A DNA stretch of 64,000 nucleotides from Girardia tigrina (Eukaryota): contig MQRK01254223.1 in the NCBI GenBank assembly GCA_001938485.1, positions 14,382 to 78,381 on the forward strand, in the 5' to 3' direction. The notes under the pieces are model-generated. The model ran no database searches, had not been told where the DNA came from, and saw nothing but the letters and a program-made list of their open reading frames with translations. Below are positions 44,301 to 55,700 of this stretch, one piece after another (the stretch's first letter is position 1; every line of letters starts with the position of its first letter). The position numbers and the translations under genes were made by a program.

Positions 44301-46691
44301 AAGACGCACTGGTTGATAGAATGTTTTCTTCTAATACTTCTTTGCCAGAAATTTTATGATCTTCTTCTTCCTCTTCTTCAATGTGGCCCTATGAATATTT
44401 TTTTTAAAAAAATAATCAAAGATTGAATTTTAATTACAGATATTTAAAAATGAAATTAATATCAAAACCAAATTAATAAATATTTATGTTATAAAAACGT
44501 GAAAAATACAAAAATATATTAAATTTAATATTACAGGAAATAATCAAGATTCGTATTTCTGTCGTCAGATCAACCGCAATTACGAAAACGTAAACAATTT
44601 GTCTGACCTCAAACAAAATAAAATAGAATTTGTGAATTAATCATTCTACAACCTTGTAATTCAAAAAGGAACGAATTTTGTTTTCGTTAAATAATGTTTA
44701 TTTTTGAATAATCTGTCATCAGTTTGTCTTGAGATTATATCATAAATGATCATGCAGAATGTAATGATAATAATATTTCTAGCTTAAAGTCTTGACGTTT
44801 TAAAAGGTTTAAGAACACAGGACTGAATAAGTAAAGTTTAAAACATACATAAAGCAATTACCATAGAACTTAATTTTTAGTAGTGATATGTTTACGAATA
44901 TAAGCATCCCCCTACTGTTTCGGATAACTGTGTATTACAAATAATATTCAGCATTGGCGCACAGAGTAGTGAATCATAGACTCTGTATCGGATAGAAACC
45001 ATATGACAAATACAAAGTTTTCTGATCCTCTCACACGGCTTCAGATGCAAGAGTGCGAGCTTTCAATGCACAGGCACGCTTCGGCTTCCCTCTGAAAAAT
45101 GAACAGTCATGTTCCTTCGTTCCGTGATTCTCGAGACTTTTGCCTGTAAACGTATCTATTGCAACTGGGAAATTGGCAATGAAACATTCCCTTATACTTT
45201 ATATTATCCAGCTGAAAATTCAGCACCACACTAGGGATTACTCTTGGACAGTCCTCATCAGTTACACCGGCAGACACTGGCATATCATGTTCCAAGTTCA
45301 AAGGTCCAGTACGGTTTTCTGTTTCTTCTCTTTGTACTACTTGGATGTTCGTAGTACCATTAACTTGGATTCGATGATCAATTAATAAATATCATTGTAT
45401 CCATCCATTATTTTTAAAACTTTTGCGGCAGTTCTCCTTGGGACATATAAATGAACCATCACCTCTCTGTGCCGACGGCGCCGTGGCCAGATGCACATTC
45501 TTAACGTGTCTTGGGAGTTCATTCTGCTCAGCAAATTCTTTAAAGTGAGAATGGAATGCGCAAGCTAATAGTTTGATGCGAGGCTGAAGCATTTGCGGAT
45601 ATTCTTTCTCGTACTCGACAACCTCTTTCAGTCGCTCAGATATGGTTCCTTTAATCAGTTGTTTAAATTCCTCATCCTTGTCGAGAAACTCTCTTTCGTT
45701 TAGACTTTCCCTGTATTCTAACAAATTTGCCGGTTCGATGAATATCCAGAGCACATCGCAAGCAATGAGCGCTCACATCACTTTCTTTTTACAACCACTG
45801 ATTCTGAGATTTTCTGAGAACATCTCAGAGTTTAGAACTCTTTGATCCTCAGCTACACCCTTCCGTGAATTATATTCATAGAATACTATGCGTCTTTTGA
45901 CCAGAATCACTCTTGCCCCAGTCAGTTCAATCGTCATGTCCTTATTCGGGATTCTGTCGAGTTTGGTCTTCTTGTGAGCTATCCTCTCTTTACCGCTATA
46001 ATAGTTTCAAATACCTTTAACTTATTTTTTGTTTCGAACTAAAAATTATTCTTTGCTTTATTTAAAAATTTAAAAAAAGTAAAGTGAAACAGACAAATAC
46101 AGATTCTCTTTAAAACAATGACTTATAGCCCGTGTGATACCTCATCTTTGTGAATGGATGTTGTTTGTTGCTTTTGCATATGTCTTTTCTTTTACTTATT
46201 TGGAATGTGCATGTTTATGTATCTGTATTATATTTCTGGTACGAGTTTTTAAAAATTTATTAATAAGTATGGATAAAAATTCGAATGTCAATATTGACGT
46301 CTACGTAGATAATTAATAATAACTAATAACTTCTATGTCTAGCAATCTATGATATTTTTGAACAATTAAGTCACCAGCAGCCAACATTGATCAATAGGAC
46401 TGACCCTATCCTCATCTATATACCTCTTCCACCATACTCTCAAAACCTTTCACCGACAGATTACACTTTTTCAAGCATCTTGATAATTTTCTCCACGGTT
46501 GGATCTTCATAAATTAGGACAAAGTCAAAAGATCATTCGTCGACTTCATCTAACCCCAAACACAAAATTTGTGACTCGTTTGGGAAAATGTGCTGATTTT
46601 TATGGTACTTATTTCGATTAAATTAAATGAATATGATAAAAAGGTTCTAAAATTATAAACCTGAAGGATGCAAAACATTTGTAACAACCTA

Positions 46692-46731
<40 letters not shown>

Positions 46732-49700
46732 AACAAAATGAAAATATTCTAATTTTGTATTATTAATAAAAAAGAAATTAAGTCGGATCTGGTTTTTATC
46801 AAATTTTGTTGAAACGAAACTGGAAATAAATAATAATATTTTGAATATTTAATATTATTTGTACATAGTCTTTTCAATTATGAATGTTGATCAATGTTTG
46901 ATCAATAATGATTCATAGTAAAGCTTCTGAAGTTAAATTAATATTATAATAAAACATTATTAGATAATATATACATCTACATATATTTATCAATTAATTA
47001 ATAAGAGAAACAATTGTACATAAATATGAATTCCTTTAGAATTCAGATTATCACTAATAAGAGAAATACATCCTTTTAAATTAACCAATTATTATGTCAA
47101 TTTTGTAAAAAAGATAGACATAAATAAAATATTTTTTGTAGAAATATATGGAAATGTTACAATGAAGAAATAAATTAAAAAAACAATATTTATTAACGAA
47201 ATAAATTAATTTCCCAAATATTTTTCATAAAAGAAAACTTGATCTTTAAATTTTAGAATAAAATATTTAATATAAAAATTGTTTTTTTTTACATTTAATA
47301 ATTAATTAAGTTTATTATTTTTAATTTATAATGATTTGATTCTATCATAAACTGAAAGGAAATAATAACTAAATCTAAGAATTTTAATTTAATTAAATAA
47401 TAAATTTTATTTCCTAGGATGAAGAAGTAGAATGATTGACACACGGAAGTTTGATGAATAAGAATTCGTCGAAAATCTTTGAAATAAATTTTATCTGATT
47501 CCTCCTTTTTATAAACTTGTATTTCTTTTATTAAAACAGCAAACGGCGCTCTGATATAATAATCTTTAATATTCGAGGAGATTCCTTTCGACACTCTTTG
47601 AACTGGTTTTACTTCATCATTCAGTCTTATCTTGTTTCAGATTGCCTTTTATTCAAGGAATTCGCAATTAATATTCGACCGTATGCTGTACTTATTCATT
47701 TTATAAAAAATATAATTATTGACAAAATAATATTTTTAATAAAATATATGTTGGAAAATGCATTTAAAAAAAGGAAATACAAGTTATTAAAAATATAAAA
47801 AGATATTATTATCAATTAAAGATAATATTAACAGTTACAAGTACAAAATAGTGTAACTCGCTCGCTCTTTTTGATGTGTACGCATATTTTATTCAGTTTT
47901 AATTAAAACATTTTACTGTAATCTTTTCTCATCCGACATAAATTACTTTTTTGTATTTTCTTCCTGACCTCTTACAGCAATAACTTTCTGCTTCTTTTTT
48001 TATCACAAAAAAATTTTAATTAAACTTAAAATTCTTATATTTTTATATATCATTAATTAACTTTTAAAAAAAATTTATAGTTTTTTTTTAAAACGTATTC
48101 AAAAATATTTATTAGGCTAATATTTTTCCAAACATGAAAAATAACAGTTAATGCAAACAAGTAGTGTTTCGGAATAAATCTTTATTATTAATATTGTTTT
48201 GTTATCATTATTTATTTATGAAAACATATCTCTCTTTGCGCAAGACGATTCAAATACACATCTTTAGTGTTATATTTGAATAAAAATAGCTTAAATTTAT
48301 TGAGTATATATAAATGATTTTTTAATTAAAATTAAATAATTAATATTAAAAACAGAATTTATTAAAATTGAATTTTTAAAAAAAATATTAAATTAAATTT
48401 GAATTTATTTATGTTCGTTTAGAGTCTAAAACTTTAGACATTTAAGAAATTCATTTTGATGAATCATTGATTTATTGGATTGACCGAACTGTGTAGGTGT
48501 ATGTATCAGTTTGGAGTCAGGAAAATGAGTGCAGGAAATTGCTCGCTCTGATTGGTCAACCAATCAGAAAGATTGTCGAACGTTATTATTTTAGTTAAAC
48601 ATTAAAACTGAAAGAATTGAATTTGAATTATTTTGTGAAATTTTGTCGAACGTTATTGATATTGTGAAATTTTTTCGAATAATTTTTTATTTACAATAAT
48701 CTGATAACGAATATTTTTAAGACACAAATTTCACTCTAGCAATTCAAATTGAATTTTTAGACGATACGAATTTTGCTCTGCCTATTCAAACTGATATTTT
48801 GATCAAAGGATTAGACACTGACGATTCAAATTTCAATGATGTCTCTTATTTGGGATTTACTTAAATTTAAGATTTACTTAAATTTTTGTCTAATTAGAAC
48901 GAGTTATAATTTTTGAATTTTGAACTGAAATAATTATTTGATTTTTTAAAATTATTTGAATTGGAGCTGTTATATTTGAATTTGATTACGGATAAAATTG
49001 ATTAGATGTTTTTGTGATTTCTCGATTTTTAAATAAAAGATAACGATTAGTTTGAACATTTTTAACTGGGCCCAGCACAAAATAAAAATGACCGAGTCTA
49101 CAAATTCACCTACACTGTTACTCTAGCACTACCACCGACCGTTCGTCTTGACAATATGGATATCGGGTGTAACACATAAAAAAGAATTCAGCGAAACTTC
49201 AATGTAAAAGTGCATTTTTGTCCTGATATATCAAAGAAGTGCTGTAGTTTGCAAAATGTAATAAGTTAGACTCAACCCATATATAAAAGAAAGCGATGTT
49301 ATTTAATTCTTTCCTACAGTTTATTTCTTCTCAAAGATGGGATGCTTTATAAATATTTTTTAAGAAATACAAAATGTACTGTTTACCGTTGTTGACGTAC
49401 AGTCTCTTCAAAACGGTATATATCATCATCCTCTTATTGAGCGTTAAACAAATTTTAAAATACGTGATGTGTTATTTATTTTAATATCAAAAAAGCTTTA
49501 AAATAAAAAGTTGTTATATTTAAAATATAATAAAAATATTACTTTTAAAAATTGATTTTTATAAGACTTATCTCATTAAAATATTGTCCATTTTGAACTT
49601 AAGTGATTTTCATGTAATAATAGATCTTAAAATGATAAAACACATCTATAGCTAGAAGGAAAATAAAATTGAGGAAATTTTATTCAAATTGAATAAATTA

Positions 49701-52700
49701 AAAACTGAAAAGATACTTATAGTCGTGTCGTACATATTTACAATCAACATAGTTGTCGACCAATGAATGGACACAAGTGACTAAAGAGGAAAAGTTACGG
49801 AATTGAGTACTTTGATAAGGAAATTTTTTATAAAAGGATTTTTAATTATGTATAAAAAAAATTAATGAATTCTGAAAATAACCAACAATTTGCATATAAT
49901 TATCTTTAATAATGCTTTTGCTTTGGGAGATTCGTTATTAAATAATAATTAATTGGTATATAAGCAGGAAATCCGAATCTCTGATTTGTCAATTGTAATT
50001 GCTGAACACACTTAATTGAATAGAAATAGATCGATATCATAAATGAGTCACCAATAATTGTGTGTGTATGCATGTATATGTGTTAATACACACCAATCAA
50101 TTTCAAATTTGTCATTTATTTTAACACACTTTTTAAATATTTACGTTTTATTCCGTTATAATTAATATTTCGTTCATTAAATCATTTTTCGATTTCCAAA
50201 AGAATGTTTTGTGACTTCTTTATTGAACCTTAAAAGTGTGATTCGTCCATAGAAAACATCTATATAAATCGTTACCCAAATATTTAATATTATAAATTTT
50301 CACGAAATTCTTTTTGAAAAGTAGTGAAATAATTTATAATATATAAAATAAGATAATGTAGACAAATGAAGTTGTACAAATAGTGTACTATATTACCTTT
50401 TTCCTCTTTTGCTACCGTTTATTTCTGTTCAATTTTATTAAAAATTAAAAAAAATATTATCTGATAATTCTTGTATACATATTTTTTAAATATTAAATAA
50501 AATATAAACAAATTCCTTTCTTTTGTGTTAAAATGTTTTTCTTGAAATGAGGGAATATTTATTATTGTACCCAGACTCTTTCAGTTTTCCATTACTATTA
50601 TCAAATTGAAAAATGCAAATACATTCATTTTAAAATATTGGTAAAAGCAATATAATTAATAATATTTCATTTACTTTTCAAGACGCTTCTTTTTTTATGA
50701 ACGTTAAGGAATGTATTATTATTAAACTAAAATTCTTTAAAAGGAATACAAAAGAAATTAACTTCTATATTATATCATCTGTTACATTGGGATAATATGT
50801 AGTTAATTATATTCTTTCTTCACTTGTTTCTTGAAAAGATAATTAGATTAAAATTCATTCTTTTACGTATTATATGAATACAATTATATATTCTTAAATA
50901 AAATAGAAAAAAATTGTGTCTTTAGATTTACTTCATGAACTTCTTTTAAATATTTTTTAATTAATAAATTTTCTCTTCTTTGACAGAAATTCATCGAACA
51001 AAAAACCTTTTTGATTAATTAGATACATAATATAACATCAAGGCATAATTAACATTTACTTATGTGTTAATAATTTTATAATGCAAAATTTTCATATTAA
51101 ATGTTTTTTCATGATATAATTATTTATAGTTTTATAATATATCTTTTTCCGAGGTCTTTTTCCGGTCTCCCTTAGAAATTACTCTTTATTATTTACTTTT
51201 AAAATTTAACTTTTATCAGATTAGTAAATTTTCATTAATTTTAAAAATGACAATTCTGTTCGAATGATCATTTATCGCAAATACCATAAAGCACAAATTT
51301 TCAAATTAGTTGGAAGAATCACAATTCCAATTTCAGGACACTCAAATAAACGCGCCACATCCATACACAATTTGAAATATTCCTTACAATCACTAATTTG
51401 GGTTTTGAGATGACCATTTTTCTCTCTAATGTACAAGTTTTTCCACCCGTGATAATTAAATTTATAAAACAGATTAGCAATCGCTCAATAAATCGTTTTC
51501 GATTTATTAGGGAGAAGCTTTGAACTTGATCATGTGTTACTTTGTAAAAAAAGAATCTCTTCTGTTTCAAAGGAAGAGTGTTCTGTTTTACAGACAGGCT
51601 ATGAATAATTAATTATTTTTCAATATATATATATATATATATATATTAATATCGTTTTGAAAAAGGCTCAATCGTAATTTCGATAAAAGAAAACAAAAAC
51701 GCAAGTTATCAATAATTTTATTTCGTAAAACTAGTTTAGCTTTTACAGGCATCGTTAGTTAAAATGAATATTTAAACAAAATTACAAGTCATTAAAATGG
51801 TTTTCTGACTGTTACACCATAATAATCCTTGTATATTGGAGAAACACATCGTCGTCTCCGAAATAGAATAGCAAAACATCATCAATTGAGAAGAAACAGC
51901 TTCATTCTCATATATATATATATATAATTTTCGTGATCGTGAAAGAGTAAATTTTGAAAAAGAATTCACTTTTGAGTAAAAATTTTGATACAAATTTCGA
52001 GCGTAGTATCACTGAGGTATTATCTATTTAACATTTCAAACCATGCTTAAATATACAAAGTGATTTATCTAAACACGTTAAAGTTTTTTAAACATATGGA
52101 AATTCTTTATGTTGTAACAGTCAGAAAATCATTTAAAGCACTTGTAATTTTTTTTAAATATTCATTTTAACTAACGATTCTTGTAAAGGCGAAACTAGTT
52201 TTACGAAATAAAATTATTGATAAATGGCATTTTTGTTTTCTTTTATATATATATATATATATATATCAGCAGCGTAGCCAGGATTGCAGAGGGGGGGGTG
52301 GAAAAAAATTCCTGAAAGATCTAGCAATCTTAAATATAAACTTGGTGGCAAAAATAACAAGAAAGAAATAATATTTATTTATTTTTATTTCTTTATAATT
52401 ACATGTCCAGCCGACGCTTTCCTTTGCGGAACTCGTGAATAAAATCTTCAAACGATACTTCTATGTCACGATGAATGCTCAAAAACATTAATCCATTGAG
52501 TCTTTCCTCTCCTGTCGTATTTCTGTCATCGGTTTTGAGTTGTTTCATCTTATTGAATGATCGTTCGATATCAGCAGTCGTTACAAGAATCACATTGTAA
52601 ATTTTCAGTAATGTAAAAACATTAATGTAAAAACTGGGGAGTCCCCAGTTTTCGGCCCCGCAATCGAGCCCGATAACTGTGGGAGTATGGTGGTAGCTAA

Positions 52701-55700
52701 TTATGTTTTAATTTTTTCAGGGGTGGGGGTGTCTCCCGATTTTAACCCTCTAAACTTAAACGATCCTTAAGCTCCTCGGACCTCCTTTTTTCTCCCCGAT
52801 TAAAATCCGATCAAGGGTTTTTATATTAATCTTTGTTTTCAGCCTCGCCAGTAAGGCCGAAAACGTGGATTAAAATGGGAACACCCAATTGGATTTTAAT
52901 TGGGGGGAAAGCGAGAGGTCCCGTTCCTCTAAGTTTTGTTTTTCGTAATATTTTTTTAAACAATTTTTAGGGCATTTTATCACGGGGGGGGGGTGGAAAT
53001 CCACCCAATCACCCCCCCTGGCTACGCGCCTGATATATATATTTTCATTTATTTATGAGGTAATGACAAAATTTGGAAATAATCAAATTATCAAAAACTT
53101 CATTTGGGTCAGAAAATTTGTTTTAATTTTTTTAAATACAAACTTTTTTTTGAGAGATTTTAATTAATTCTAATAATAATACTAATAGTAGTATTAATAA
53201 AAATCTCGTTCCTGTCCCATCATACCAATCTTACAAAGTCAACGTTGACGGGTGACATTATTTTATTTTTGTTAATTATTATTAATAAATAAAATATTTG
53301 ATTAGTTGACATATTTTATTTCGTATATTAAATATTTACACAAGTCGTAATTGAATTAATAATGAAACTGAAATTATATAACAGAAAGAGATAATAATAT
53401 GAAATATATCGCTTATTCTTGTCCATTAAAAAGATTAATCACACTGCAGCCAGTTATCGAGGTCTTCCTTTTCACCTTTGGAAATGAATGTCGAGATATA
53501 CTTGCTTAACAACCGCATTATTAAGTTGACTTATTCCTTTATTAATTACTTCAATAATGCTTATTCTATTCTATTAACGAAATTCTTTTCTATTTAATTC
53601 TTTTTTTTAAAAGCATTTAAAAATAATTTATTTAACAAAGTCTGTTGTTAAAAGATTAAATTTTAATTAAAATAATTACTAGTTAATTAAAAAACGGGAA
53701 ATTTTAATTTCAATGAATTGATAACAAAATAAAATAAATAAAATTGTCCATTCAGATCCAATCAAACAAAACCAAAATCAATAAACTTATTAAATAAATT
53801 AATTAGGAAAAAATTTTTCTCGTATCGATTTGTTTATTATAAAAAATAATTAAAAAAATGTTTCAATGAAAATGTTAATTAGAACAGTTTTTTTAAATGT
53901 AATTTAAGAACTATTTCAAAACTAAATTTATAATAAATAATAATAATGTTTTATTTTCAGTAAAATAAAGAAGATTCATTAACGTGTTTTAAATAACCGT
54001 GTTAAAAAATTTAGATGCAAGAACACCAAATTGTTAGAGGCAAACTGGTGTCAATTTGCTTCAGTCTACGAACCTATTTTAACCAATAAATATAAAATAA
54101 CACAAATTAACGTGCAAGTTGTAAATTTTGCAATATGATGAACCCTGCTCGTGACGTTTATTTTTGTATTAGTTTGAAATGATGAAAAGAATTGATGTGT
54201 TTGAAAGAAAAAGGATTTTTGTTGGAAAATGAATGATAATATTGGAATATATTTTGTAAGAAGGAATAATTGGTATCAATGATATACTTGATTATAGGAG
54301 AAAAAGCGGAAAAGAAGAGTGTAATGAAAGAAAAGTGTAATAACTAAGTAAGAGAATCGATAAAGAGAAATCGATTTTACAGGTTATTCTGAAGAATAAA
54401 TATGAGTCACGATGGCCGAGTGGTTAAGGCGTTGGACTTGAAATCCAATGGGGTTTCCCCGCGTAGGTTCTAACCCTGCTCGTGACGTTTATTTTTGTAT
54501 TAGTTTGAAATGATATTTGGAACAATGATAACAGGAGGAATTTGGACGAGCTCAGACAAATTTGGCCAAATCAGAGACCAGAATTCGAAAACGTTTATTG
54601 TATAATGTATTATTTAATCTAACGAGTTCTCGATAGTAGTATTTGTGGTGATTTTGAATCAGGCGGCTAACGGAGTGTATAGAATATTCCCAAGATAGAT
54701 ATTGATCAGATTACTTTGATCATTACGAGATTCTTGTGATTGTATTTTAAATAGCTAATATATGCTTCGTTCATAACTCATTGGAAGATTTTTGAGTGCT
54801 TCGGATTCTTGTAATGCTAGTGAATGGAACAAATATATCGATTGTCGTAAATGAGGTTATAGGTGATCTACATGAATGGCAGAGATAAAGGGGAATTGAG
54901 GATTTGATCAAAACGGATAAACCAAAATCAGTATTTTATAGCATAATAGTTTCTGTGTTTTAATTTTTATTGATAAAAAAACATTTTATTTTAATTTAAA
55001 TATTTATCTGGACTTAACAGATCCCGTTAAAATTGAGGAGCAATCTTTAGATGGGCTTAATTTTTCTCAAAGTATTTGTTTAACTCCAGCAGGGCACTGT
55101 TGTTCTTGATATCGATAATCATGTATGAGCCTTGGTATTTTTGTTAAAAGTTTTTTTTTCGATGGTTTCCCTGAACTAGGCTACGGCGTTATAGATGATT
55201 GAAACCATATAAGAGTTATATTTTTCCTTTATTTCTTTCGACTCTGTTGCACATGGGTTGGTTTGTGATTCCAGTTAGGTTTTTCGTGATTATTAAACTG
55301 GTCAACGAAGATTTTGAGAATGACGGAACATGAGGTAAACCTGACTTAAATCACCACACTGCTTACGAAAATGATCTCAAAAACATTTCATCACGTCCAT
55401 ATTTTTCGTTATTTACAGATTCGAGTATTTTCGATAAATACATTATTTTATATTATGAAACAAATTCAAAATACTGAATCAAAAGAATTGCCGAGTCACC
55501 ATGAAGTACGGTGCAAGTCTCAAACCCTCAGTCTTATCAATTGCCAGAGCTGCTTTTAACCATGGCTACATCGAGTGTTTTGCACCTAAGCATGCTACAT
55601 ACTGTAGATTTCACCTACATACTGTACATGAATAAATGGTTGTGCTCACACGTTGTCTCTGAGTTCAAATAGCATGGATATAAAAGGAGGGTACAGAGAG

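Noticed and set aside
47295-47594. 99-aa minus-strand ORF as a host exon
   Set aside because: No convincing acceptor and donor pair, and an in-frame stop just upstream; left unassigned.
54141-54514. Phage-type attL/attR at a tRNA 3' end, or a selenocysteine/suppressor tRNA
   Set aside because: The context is eukaryotic, there is no integrase, and the duplicate lies upstream. The anticodon UGA decodes UCA (Ser), not the UGA stop.
55060-55160. Gypsy integrase GPY/F-like peptide (KYQGSYMIIDIKNNSALLEL, minus strand)
   Set aside because: One short degenerate motif with no other LTR-element evidence.
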